A stretch of 64,000 nucleotides of DNA from a virus: the IMG/VR virus record IMGVR_UViG_3300042261_001186, positions 32,001 to 96,000 of that record; one strand, written 5' to 3'. The position numbers were made by a program, and so were the translations under genes. Shown in pieces: positions 9,681 to 18,661 of the stretch. The notes beneath the pieces are model-generated. The model saw nothing but the letters and a program-made list of their open reading frames with translations. It made no database searches and was not told where the DNA came from. How positions within the stretch are numbered: the first letter of the stretch is position 1; every line of letters begins with the position of its first letter.

Positions 9681-10556
9681 ATGCCTATGAAGAAACAAAT
9701 TTTTAAACAGGATGTTATTGGCCCCCAAGATTTTGACAATTTAGTCAAAAAAATGAGGGGCTTTTTTATTGAAAAAAATTACAAAGAAGTTTATCCACAA
9801 CCCATTAGATCAATAATGGCAGCATGTGAAGATCCAAAAACATTAAGATCATTTACATTTGATGGTAATACTTGGCCATTGAGTCAAACGAATCAAATGA
9901 ATTTGGAAATGATTTTATTAACAATGCCAGAAGAAGCTGATGGTATTTATTGTATGACAACTAGTTACAGAGACGAACCTAATCCAATACCTGGGAGGCA
10001 TGATAAGATATTCCCTATGTGGGAATTTGAACATAAAGGTAATTTTCAAGATTTAGTACAAACATTAAGTGAATTAAGTGTTCATTTAGGATTTGTAAAA
10101 AGTGTAGAAGATATACCAATTTTTACTTATGATGAATTATGTGAACATTATAAAGTAGATAGTTTAGAATCTGAACATGAAACTTTAATGTGGAAAGAAT
10201 ATGGTGATGTAGTTGGTATCACTTATTTTCCAGAAAGAACACATCCATTTTGGAATATGAAACATGATGGGTTAAGTCATAAAGGAGAAAGGTTATTTAA
10301 CAAAACAGATTTCATTATTTGTGGTCAAGAAACTTTTGGCTCAGCAGAAAGATCAGTTGATCCTGAACAAATGAGAAATAGTTTTCATAGTATATCTGAT
10401 GGTATGTATGCAAAATTATTATATAATGAGTTTAGTAAAGAAAGAGTAATTTCAGAATTGGAATCTTACTTATCTTTACCAATGATAGAGAGGTTTGGCG
10501 CGGGAATCGGGTTTACAAGACTATATAGAGCTATGAAATTAAAGGGGTTAATTTAA
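9681..10556 (+). CDS. Class II aaRS-like protein (AsnRS/AspRS catalytic domain only)
   Basis: Motif 2 SYRDE..RH..FPMWEFE, motif 3 RFGAGIGFTRL; 291 aa, no anticodon-binding OB domain. Confidence 0.82.
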   Translation: MPMKKQIFKQDVIGPQDFDNLVKKMRGFFIEKNYKEVYPQPIRSIMAACEDPKTLRSFTFDGNTWPLSQTNQMNLEMILLTMPEEADGIYCMTTSYRDEPNPIPGRHDKIFPMWEFEHKGNFQDLVQTLSELSVHLGFVKSVEDIPIFTYDELCEHYKVDSLESEHETLMWKEYGDVVGITYFPERTHPFWNMKHDGLSHKGERLFNKTDFIICGQETFGSAERSVDPEQMRNSFHSISDGMYAKLLYNEFSKERVISELESYLSLPMIERFGAGIGFTRLYRAMKLKGLI

Positions 10557-10567
10557 CCCCTTTTTTT
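10541..10567 (+). terminator. Intrinsic terminator overlapping the stop codon
   Basis: AAAGGGGTTA-ATT-TAACCCCTTTTTTT. Confidence 0.75.
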
Positions 10568-10663
10568 ATTAAACTTATTAAAATTATCATTATATAATAT
10601 ATGATAGATAAGATTTACGTCATTTTTTATTTATCATATTAATTTAATTATTTTTGGTTAGTT

Positions 10664-10709
10664 AAAAGAACAGTTAGTGGGCAAAGAACGTGCTAACTGT
10701 TCTTTTTTT
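10664..10709 (+). terminator. Long hairpin terminator closing a short putative transcript
   Basis: AAAAGAACAGTTAGT..GCTAACTGTTCTTTTTTT. Confidence 0.7.
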
Positions 10710-10746
10710 ATTTTTTCTGTTTTTTTTATTTAATATATAGTTTCAT

Positions 10747-12159
10747 ATGATAACTAAATATTCAAAATATTTAAAACAAAACGAAGCTGATGATAATTCA
10801 GACTTTGATTATTTTGATGATTATGAGGAAACTAAACCTACATTGCCTAAAAAATCATCTCCAACTAAGAAAAATCTTTGGAATTTCAAAGGATTCATGG
10901 AACCTGAAGATCCAGATCAATTAGAACTTGATCTTGGTATAGAAAACCCTAGGAAGATAAAAGCTGCTGAGCTCAAAAAAATGGTTGATGATAAGGCTAA
11001 AAAAGAAAAAGAAGTTAGACAACCTACACATGTAGATACTGGAGATTATGTTGAAGTAGTGGATTTTGAAGATTTAAAAGAAGATCAATTAGAATTTTTA
11101 AAATCCGCACCTAATTTCTATGTTAGAGATATAGTTAATAGTAAAAGTTATCCATATGAAGTAGGAGAACCTTATGTAAACATAGGTTTCAGATCACCTT
11201 TCAAAATGTCTAGATTTAAAGTTATAGATAAATCTCATTGTAAGTACAAAATTTTATTTTTGAATTTTGATTTACCAGTAGATATACATGGTGAAAAAGA
11301 CGTCAATAATTTCTTCAGGGATTCAAAAACTATGTCTGAATTATTCAACAAACTTTTTGCAGAGAAAGAAGATGACATATTGGTTAGTTTTAATATGTAT
11401 GATGACATATATAGAATAAAATATGATTATTATATTAATGGTATATGTTTAAAAGATTATGATTTTGTATTTTTTGGACTCATATCTAATTTTACTTCAA
11501 TAGCAAAAATGCTCATAGATTATTTACAAAAACAGAAAATACCTTTCTTAAAATATGGTACTTTCAAAGAATATGATAACAAAGCCTTTGAATTACATTT
11601 ACTTGATTCTCTTGGATATCCATACATACCATCTATAATGGTTACGAAATTAACTAAAAAGATAATAGATATTGTTCAAAATGATTTTGAATTCCCTGTT
11701 ATAGTTAAGGATGTAAATACTAATAGAGGTGAAGGAGTATACAAAATAGATGATATGGAAGGGTTGTTGAAGACTTTCAGACGTAATAGTAGATTAATGT
11801 TAATACAAAAACATATACCTAATGATGGAGATTTTAGGGTTATAACAATTAAGAGAAAAGTAGAATTAGTTATAAAGAAGAAAAGGATAAGTAAAACTGA
11901 ATTCAGGGCTAATGTTGCTAGAGGTGGAAAGGCTATAAAAGGATCATTACCTCCACATATTCTTAAAATGTGTGAAGATATTTCTAAACATTTGGATAGT
12001 GATATTATTGGTTTTGATATAATACAAGATATGACTAATGGTGAATATTATGTAATGGAAACCAATGCTGGTCCACATTTTCCAACATTTTCTGTTATAT
12101 CTGGTGTGAATATACCAGAAATCATAGTTAATTATATAATGAGATTAATAGAAAAATAG
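10747..12159 (+). CDS. RimK-family ATP-grasp ligase with long N-terminal extension and targeting-like leader
   Basis: FPVIVK, RGEGV, IQKHI, DFRV, FRANVARGG, GFDI, METNAGP. Confidence 0.85.
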   Translation: MITKYSKYLKQNEADDNSDFDYFDDYEETKPTLPKKSSPTKKNLWNFKGFMEPEDPDQLELDLGIENPRKIKAAELKKMVDDKAKKEKEVRQPTHVDTGDYVEVVDFEDLKEDQLEFLKSAPNFYVRDIVNSKSYPYEVGEPYVNIGFRSPFKMSRFKVIDKSHCKYKILFLNFDLPVDIHGEKDVNNFFRDSKTMSELFNKLFAEKEDDILVSFNMYDDIYRIKYDYYINGICLKDYDFVFFGLISNFTSIAKMLIDYLQKQKIPFLKYGTFKEYDNKAFELHLLDSLGYPYIPSIMVTKLTKKIIDIVQNDFEFPVIVKDVNTNRGEGVYKIDDMEGLLKTFRRNSRLMLIQKHIPNDGDFRVITIKRKVELVIKKKRISKTEFRANVARGGKAIKGSLPPHILKMCEDISKHLDSDIIGFDIIQDMTNGEYYVMETNAGPHFPTFSVISGVNIPEIIVNYIMRLIEK

Positions 12160-12167
12160 AGAGATAT

Positions 12168-12635
12168 ATGATAACAAAATATGAAGAATTTATAAATGAG
12201 AATATTTTAGACAAAATTATGGGTGGTATTGATCGTGGTATTGGTAAATTTCATACTTCTACTAGACCTATTAGAAAAGCTATTAGTACAACTTTCATAC
12301 CTGAAAAAATGTATAAAACAATTAAAAATAAATTTGAACAAATTAAATTAAATTTTGATTTTGAAAATTTAGAATTAGTAGCTGACCCAATTGATAGAGA
12401 TACAAAATTTTTGGTTTACACTGATGAAGATGAGATAAAATTGGAAATAAATATGTTTTATATTCCAATAATATATTTTAATGGTGAAGATATAACAAGT
12501 AAATTGAATTCTTTTTTGACTATGGATATTTATAAGTATTTTATTACAAAATGGAATTATGGTAATACAAATAAAATATCTGGTCAAATTTTTTCAGATG
12601 TTGATTCTTTAGGAGAAGAAGATTGGTCTAAGTAA
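12168..12635 (+). CDS. Leader-bearing hypothetical protein with C-terminal tag
   Basis: MITKYEEFINE/N; ends SDVDSLGEEDWSK. Confidence 0.6.
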   Translation: MITKYEEFINENILDKIMGGIDRGIGKFHTSTRPIRKAISTTFIPEKMYKTIKNKFEQIKLNFDFENLELVADPIDRDTKFLVYTDEDEIKLEINMFYIPIIYFNGEDITSKLNSFLTMDIYKYFITKWNYGNTNKISGQIFSDVDSLGEEDWSK

Positions 12636-12644
12636 TTAAATTAT

Positions 12645-13031
12645 ATGATAAAGAATTTTAAATTATTTGAAGAATTTTCAACAAAAAGATACTACAAGGT
12701 AGTCACAAAAGATTTAAAATCTTTAGGTTTGAGAAAAAATCCTACTATAATGACTTTTCCAATTGGTGAATGGGTTTATGAACAAAAACCAACTAAGGAC
12801 CAAGGTGGTTGGGGTGGAACGGGTGGTATTTGGGTGGCTAATGGATTACAAGGTGGTAAAGGATTGATGAAATATCTAAGAAAAAAAGCAATAAAGGAAG
12901 ATAAACCAGAATTTCTTGAATGTAGATTATTTGAAGTTGAAATAGGGGAGATTTTATATTCAAATTCTTATAGGACAAAGACAGACAAAGTAAAATTAAA
13001 AAAAGAAATTAAAAATGATAAAGAATTTTAA
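12645..13031 (+). CDS. Leader-bearing hypothetical protein, possibly ADP-ribosyltransferase-like fold
   Basis: MIKNFKLFE; YYKVV..GIWV..LFEVE strand pattern (weak). Confidence 0.5.
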   Translation: MIKNFKLFEEFSTKRYYKVVTKDLKSLGLRKNPTIMTFPIGEWVYEQKPTKDQGGWGGTGGIWVANGLQGGKGLMKYLRKKAIKEDKPEFLECRLFEVEIGEILYSNSYRTKTDKVKLKKEIKNDKEF

Positions 13032-13554
13032 ATTATTTGAAACCACACATAAAGATGTTGATCCGCTCGGTGAAGAGAAATGGGAAGAAGATTCATCTTA
13101 TAATATATTGTATGTTTCCTCTATGGAAACGACTGATCATTATTTTTACCTAGATTGTGTGGAAGGATACATAGATGAATCATATTACACACCTGAAGGT
13201 AAACTTCTATATGTTGATTTCTCTTATATAATAAATGGTGATAGAAAGAAAGCTTGCAGTCATTCTCCTTATGTGGTGGATAGAATTGAAGATTTTGATT
13301 TGGGGAAAATGAAAAGTCTTTATTATAATTTGGAAGGTGACACCAGAAAAAAATATTATGATAAATCTGGACATTGTACTTTCATACGTAAGGAAATAAT
13401 GACAAAAGAAGAATTCCTTAAAATATCCCATGACATATTTGATGAAAATGCAAATAATTTGATACAAATACTTAAAAAAAAGATAATAGAAACTGAAAAT
13501 AGAATAGAGAAATTGAAAAAAAGAGAAATAGGTTTCAACACCAACATAGAATGA
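13015..13554 (+). CDS. Leader + tag hypothetical protein
   Basis: MIKNFKLFE/TTHKDVDPLGEEKW. Confidence 0.6.
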   Translation: MIKNFKLFETTHKDVDPLGEEKWEEDSSYNILYVSSMETTDHYFYLDCVEGYIDESYYTPEGKLLYVDFSYIINGDRKKACSHSPYVVDRIEDFDLGKMKSLYYNLEGDTRKKYYDKSGHCTFIRKEIMTKEEFLKISHDIFDENANNLIQILKKKIIETENRIEKLKKREIGFNTNIE

Positions 13555-13871
13555 TAAAGAATTTTAAATTGTTTGAAAATAAACACAAAGACATAGACCC
13601 ATTTAGTGAAGAACAATGGGAGGATGCTGAAATTGAAATAGGTACTAACATATATTTGAAGAAAGATAGGAATTATTTTAATAGACACAAAAACAAATTG
13701 TATGGTACCGTTGTTGACATAGATGACAAAGGTATAGTCGAAATGGTCAACTATGTTTATATTGAAAATGGAAAAACTTTCACCAAGAAAAGAATAACAT
13801 GGAAAGTTTCAATGAAATATTTAAAGCACCATATAAGAACTATGGAATATACTTTATACGCTAATAATTAA
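13551..13871 (+). CDS. Leader + tag + SH3-like small domain
   Basis: MIKNFKLFE/NKHKDIDPFSEEQW; IEIGT..GTVVDI. Confidence 0.6.
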   Translation: MIKNFKLFENKHKDIDPFSEEQWEDAEIEIGTNIYLKKDRNYFNRHKNKLYGTVVDIDDKGIVEMVNYVYIENGKTFTKKRITWKVSMKYLKHHIRTMEYTLYANN

Positions 13872-13914
13872 TGAATTTTATTTTTAATATATAGAATAAA
13901 ATCAATTTGATTTT

Positions 13915-15384
13915 ATGGATTTGTTATTGAGAGATAGGAATAAAATCACAAATATAGTAGATGTATTAAGGAAAAACAAGCCTGAAGGTGGTGCAAATTT
14001 TTTTGATAGAGTTGATGAATTTGTGAGAGACCCTAAAAATGTTGATATGGTATTCAATCTCATAAATAAAATCAAACAAGATTATGGTCAAAATTTTAAT
14101 CTTATAGTCACAGGAAAATTTGGTGATTGGGTTTTTAATCTCATAAAAACCAATAAAATCAATGTAAATGGAGTAGTTATACATGTTAGTGGATCACTTA
14201 GAAGTGCAGCAAAAAATAAAACATTTCAAATAATAGGTGGAAATGAAAATCAAGCATATAATAAAAAATTTATATTATTGGATGATAGTTTTTATTCAGG
14301 TACTACAAAGAAAGAAATAGATAAACATTTAAATAAATATAATTCTAAAATAATAAGTACATATGTTTTCTATGATGGGTCTTTTCAAAAAAGACCAGAT
14401 GTATTCTCTGTTTATAGGCATTGTAATTATAATAAAGAAGATATCTTACCAGTAAAGAAATTACTTAGTATACTTAATGGAATAGATGATGCCAATATAC
14501 CTTATGATTTGTTGGAAAATCAAATAATGATAGGTCAGATAAGAAGTGTTAAGGAATTATTAAGGGAGATACAGATAGTCAGAGGTAAGTTTGGCAAACA
14601 GAATTTAGATATCAAATCTTATGGATATAAAAGGGAATATGAACATAAGAAAATGAAGAAATATGGGGATTTTGTTAACGAGTCAAAAAAAAAATATTTG
14701 ACCTTTGACGATTTAGAATTCAAAAAACACCCACTCGCAGAAGTTTATGATGAAATGGTTGCCATTGGTGGTTTTGATCCATTTGGGGATGAAAGGAAAC
14801 CATTGCAACAGGCAAAAATGAAATTTGAAAATGGTTATGGTGTATCTGTGTTATTGGGAGATTTATTTTATTCTAATGGTGTAGATACTTATGAAATCAT
14901 GTGCTTTGATGATAAAAATAAATTCATAGGGGATCCACTTGGTCATTTGACTAAAGATGAGGTCAATCATGAAATGATGAAATTACAGAGAAGGAAACAT
15001 CCTATTCAAAAATTCACAACAGAAGATCCTTATGGTGAAGAAGATTGGTCAGATGATATATATGAATCTATTATTAATAAAGGTGACTTTGAAATGACTA
15101 CAATTCAATTATGGCATAAATATATAAGATTTGGAAGAAAAGAAACTATAGATAGATTTAGGAAAAATGTTCTTGAATTCAAAACAGATAGTAAAGGATT
15201 AAAAGAATATAAAGGAAAGATAATAGGGTTTTATCCTTTACATAATAATAAGACAAGGGAGATAATAATATTATTTGACACTAAAGAATATGGGACTTTG
15301 AAAGTAAATGATAAATATCCTATAATAGTAAAATCTGAAGTGAATGAACATTTGAAAAAATATGAAGATTTTATAAATGATTAA
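13915..15384 (+). CDS. Type I phosphoribosyltransferase-like domain fused to further modules (polyprotein-like)
   Basis: PRPP loop FILLDDSFYSGTT; internal leader KKYGDFVNE/S; EDPYGEEDW; IYE/S. Confidence 0.7.
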   Translation: MDLLLRDRNKITNIVDVLRKNKPEGGANFFDRVDEFVRDPKNVDMVFNLINKIKQDYGQNFNLIVTGKFGDWVFNLIKTNKINVNGVVIHVSGSLRSAAKNKTFQIIGGNENQAYNKKFILLDDSFYSGTTKKEIDKHLNKYNSKIISTYVFYDGSFQKRPDVFSVYRHCNYNKEDILPVKKLLSILNGIDDANIPYDLLENQIMIGQIRSVKELLREIQIVRGKFGKQNLDIKSYGYKREYEHKKMKKYGDFVNESKKKYLTFDDLEFKKHPLAEVYDEMVAIGGFDPFGDERKPLQQAKMKFENGYGVSVLLGDLFYSNGVDTYEIMCFDDKNKFIGDPLGHLTKDEVNHEMMKLQRRKHPIQKFTTEDPYGEEDWSDDIYESIINKGDFEMTTIQLWHKYIRFGRKETIDRFRKNVLEFKTDSKGLKEYKGKIIGFYPLHNNKTREIIILFDTKEYGTLKVNDKYPIIVKSEVNEHLKKYEDFIND

Positions 15385-16102
15385 AAATTTCCAATCATAT
15401 AATGAAAGTGTAGTTCCAAATTCAGTTGTATTCAATATTAGGGATTATTGTACAACTTATGATAATATTCATAAGTTGAATTATAGAAATGTTGAAACAG
15501 GTGATGTTTTTAGGATATTTGATTTGTTCAAAGGGACTTTTGGTTTGTTTATAAATGATAATGATTTTAGAATATTTCAAGAAAATGATACAGAATTTAG
15601 ACTTTTTGATACAAAAAAAGGGAAACATCTTGAATTATGGCCAAATATGGGCTGGAAAAATACTTGGATTAATCAGACAAATAAAAATGATAAAGATAAT
15701 AAAAAATGGCTTGATAAATATAGAATAGGTAGAGAAGATAAAAAGAAAGTAATAATTCCTATTGAAGGTTATATAACAACATATGATGTAAATAGATTTT
15801 TAACTGATATAAGAACAGAACTTAAATATGGGTATAGAACTTTGATTGGTTATATTAAGCAAGGATATCGAGAAGAACAACTTATTGGAGTAAGACAACC
15901 TAGATATATAACAATTCAAGAAAATAATGGTTATGAAGGAAGAAATACTAATTTCAATGTAGTTTATATAGATATGTCCAATGGTAGTGACCCCTATGGG
16001 ACTAGGGGAATATTAAATATTGCTAAACCTGTTAAATTAAAACAGACTTTAAGAAAATTCACTGAAATAGATCCATTAGGAGAGGAAGATTGGGATGATT
16101 AA
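15377..16102 (+). CDS. Leader-bearing protein with C-terminal tag
   Basis: MIKNFQSYNE/S; ends EIDPLGEEDWDD. Confidence 0.6.
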   Translation: MIKNFQSYNESVVPNSVVFNIRDYCTTYDNIHKLNYRNVETGDVFRIFDLFKGTFGLFINDNDFRIFQENDTEFRLFDTKKGKHLELWPNMGWKNTWINQTNKNDKDNKKWLDKYRIGREDKKKVIIPIEGYITTYDVNRFLTDIRTELKYGYRTLIGYIKQGYREEQLIGVRQPRYITIQENNGYEGRNTNFNVVYIDMSNGSDPYGTRGILNIAKPVKLKQTLRKFTEIDPLGEEDWDD

Positions 16103-16802
16103 ATTTTTCAAATATATTCAATTTATATTAGAACATAATGTAATTCATGATAAAGACATAAATATAAACTTATTCATTTCTTTAATCAGAAGAATTTATG
16201 GTGATGATATATTGATATTCAAATTTGATTATTTAGAAAAAATAGAAAATTTTTTAACCAGACCAGATAATTTTGATTTAATAAAGAAATTATTCTCAAA
16301 TATAGATAAAAATTCTGACATAATAGTTAGTGGTAGTTTTGGTAAATATATATTTAATATAATTGATAATTTGGATTTTGATGGTAATGTAATACTAGTA
16401 AATGGTAGTATTAGAAAAGTAATGGAAGATAAAGACAACAAAGTTGAAATTATAGACTATAGATATAGAGATATAAAAAATAAAAAATTTATTTTTGTAG
16501 ACGATAGTTTTGTCAAAGGAGGTACAAGAGATAGGATAAATGAGTTTTTAAGTAAATACAATAGTGAAATAGTTAAGACATATACATTTTACACCCATTA
16601 TAAAATGGATAAAAATGATGTTTTTTCTTTTTATTGTTATGGTAAATCAAACTTAATTCCAATACCTATTCATAAATCACTTGATAAAATAAAAAATATA
16701 AATCTATTCAATTTCAAAAATATACTGATAAGAAAAATAGATTTAGGTGAAATAACAAATTTAAATGATTTAGTAAAAACAATAATAAAATTAGATGAAT
16801 AG
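16095..16802 (+). CDS. Phosphoribosyltransferase-like protein, paralog of the 13915 N-terminal domain
   Basis: FIFVDDSFVKGGT; shared IVSGxFG, V.GS.R, L.KYNS.I, DVFS.Y. Confidence 0.72.
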   Translation: MIKFFKYIQFILEHNVIHDKDININLFISLIRRIYGDDILIFKFDYLEKIENFLTRPDNFDLIKKLFSNIDKNSDIIVSGSFGKYIFNIIDNLDFDGNVILVNGSIRKVMEDKDNKVEIIDYRYRDIKNKKFIFVDDSFVKGGTRDRINEFLSKYNSEIVKTYTFYTHYKMDKNDVFSFYCYGKSNLIPIPIHKSLDKIKNINLFNFKNILIRKIDLGEITNLNDLVKTIIKLDE

Positions 16803-17244
16803 TATTAAGGTTATATTCCTAGATTTAGATGGTGTTTTAGTATTAAATGGTAGTGTTTGTATGAAATGTTGTGAACATCTTAATATTTTAACAAAAGAAA
16901 CCAATGCAAAGATAGTAATATCTTCTACTTGGAGAGTTAAAGGAATAGAATATGTAAAGGATTATTTAAAAGATTACATCAATGGTGATATAATAGATTT
17001 AACACCATCATTAAAAGCTAATTCTTTCAAAGCTCCTAGAGGAACTGAAATAAAAGAATGGCTTAGAACATTTGTTGGTAAGAAAAATTGTGTTGAAAGT
17101 TATGTAATTTTAGATGATAGTAAAGATTATCTTATTTCCCAAATAGATAATTATGTAAATATAAATCATAATAAAGGTTTTGATAAAATATCTTTGAAAA
17201 AAGCTATAGATATCCTAAGTATAATAAAACCTCCAGTTTTTTAA
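16795..17244 (+). CDS. HAD-family phosphatase (Swiss Army Knife RNA repair-like HAD type)
   Basis: FLDLDGVL, IVISSTWR, RGxEIxxWL, YVILDD. Confidence 0.82.
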   Translation: MNSIKVIFLDLDGVLVLNGSVCMKCCEHLNILTKETNAKIVISSTWRVKGIEYVKDYLKDYINGDIIDLTPSLKANSFKAPRGTEIKEWLRTFVGKKNCVESYVILDDSKDYLISQIDNYVNINHNKGFDKISLKKAIDILSIIKPPVF

Positions 17245-17369
17245 TAAAATTTCGTAACCTTTTTTATCTCTCCGTGTCTAATATGTGAAAATGGAAAAAT
17301 TAAACTTTTTCTTATTTATATATAGAATAAATAAAAATAACAAATTAAAAAATAACAAATAATAAAACA

Positions 17370-17606
17370 ATGAAAAAAACAATAATGATAGGATTATTCC
17401 TGATGTTGGGAATAATGGCAGAAGCGAGATTTGGTGGTGAAGACAATAAATTTGTAGAAATGAACAAAACAATTGAAATGAATATTAATTTATCACCTAT
17501 AACACCAACAGAAGCAACATTTGAGGATGTTGATTTAAATACAGATACAATTTCCATAGAGAAATTATCACCTAAGACTCCTGAAGTCAGCTTCGAAGAA
17601 GTTTAA
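17370..17606 (+). CDS. Small exported protein with duplicated (L)SPxTP.E.xFE.V motif
   Basis: Signal-peptide-like N-terminus; LSPITPTEATFEDV and LSPKTPEVSFEEV. Confidence 0.55.
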   Translation: MKKTIMIGLFLMLGIMAEARFGGEDNKFVEMNKTIEMNINLSPITPTEATFEDVDLNTDTISIEKLSPKTPEVSFEEV

Positions 17607-17608
17607 AA

Positions 17609-17965
17609 ATGGACAATTATAACAAAATAGACGACATTATCAGAAATTATCTACAGACAGAAGATATCTGTTTGTCAGATGATTTTGATGATAATGTGAT
17701 GTCTCTTTGTTTAAATTATCAATTAAAGAAGAAAAAAAGATTTAATTTATTTAAGAATATTGCTATAACAAGTATAGTTGTACTTGTAATTATATTAATG
17801 TTATTTACCCCAATAAATAGTTTCTTAATTTATTTATTAGGGAAAATAACATTAATAGGTTTATTTAAATATTATGTTTTTATGACTATAATAACAACTA
17901 TATTTTTCTATAGTATATTATTTAAATTAATAGTTTATAAGATTAACTATAGTGAAGTTCTCTAA
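17609..17965 (+). CDS. Membrane protein resembling Bacteroidota ECF anti-sigma factors
   Basis: D.II+..L....LSDDFDDNVM followed by two hydrophobic segments. Confidence 0.5.
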   Translation: MDNYNKIDDIIRNYLQTEDICLSDDFDDNVMSLCLNYQLKKKKRFNLFKNIAITSIVVLVIILMLFTPINSFLIYLLGKITLIGLFKYYVFMTIITTIFFYSILFKLIVYKINYSEVL

Positions 17966-18500
17966 AATAGTCAAATGCCATTTTAAAAAGTGGACCTGGT
18001 ACTCCATGTTCTAATTCAGGTATAATTAAGATTTCTCCACCAGCTTCTTCAAATCCAACTTTTTGTAGAAAATCAACCACTAAGTGACCATCAACACCAC
18101 CTCTATTTTTTCTATCTCTTTCACCAATGATCATCATTTGTTCTCCAAAGACAGGAATATCTTTATAATCATCAGGGAGAGTTTGAAGTGTAGGGGCTTC
18201 ACTTGTAGGTGCAATAGCAGGATTGAAATGAAGACCTTTAAGTTTATATTTATTACATAAATGGAAACCTAAATGCCCACCTGCTGAATAACCTATAATC
18301 ATATCAACATGTTCATCTTCTACTATTTTTTCCAAATGTGGAAATAGATAATCTCCTTCATACCAATAGATTTCAGGATAGACTAATTCGTCTCCAAATG
18401 CAGTGAAGGTTCTAATGAAAAAGGGTTCTTTTTCAAAAGGTATTAAATTGTTGTCCTCGTCTCTCATTGAGCAAGAACCAGTGATAAACATAACTTTCAT
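17943..18500 (-). CDS. Alpha/beta hydrolase (YqiA-like esterase)
   Basis: GYSAGG nucleophile elbow, FNPA, GERD, LEH. Confidence 0.75.
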   Translation of the reverse strand: MKVMFITGSCSMRDEDNNLIPFEKEPFFIRTFTAFGDELVYPEIYWYEGDYLFPHLEKIVEDEHVDMIIGYSAGGHLGFHLCNKYKLKGLHFNPAIAPTSEAPTLQTLPDDYKDIPVFGEQMMIIGERDRKNRGGVDGHLVVDFLQKVGFEEAGGEILIIPELEHGVPGPLFKMAFDYFRELHYS

Positions 18501-18661
18501 ATTTTATATATATTATTGTTTTATACTGCAAATATAGGTGAATTTTTTATTAAATAAAAATTTGTATTTTAATAAAAAGTGTTATCTTTGCATAAAATGA
18601 TAAAAAAATGAAAATAAATTTTAATATATATATACATAAATAAAAAATAAACATTTATCAA

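Noticed and set aside
5621-10556. Eukaryotic giant-virus origin suggested by PolB and the AsnRS-like gene
   Set aside because: T4-like portal, protease, capsid, gp55-like sigma, tmRNA, amidase and intrinsic terminators indicate a bacteriophage
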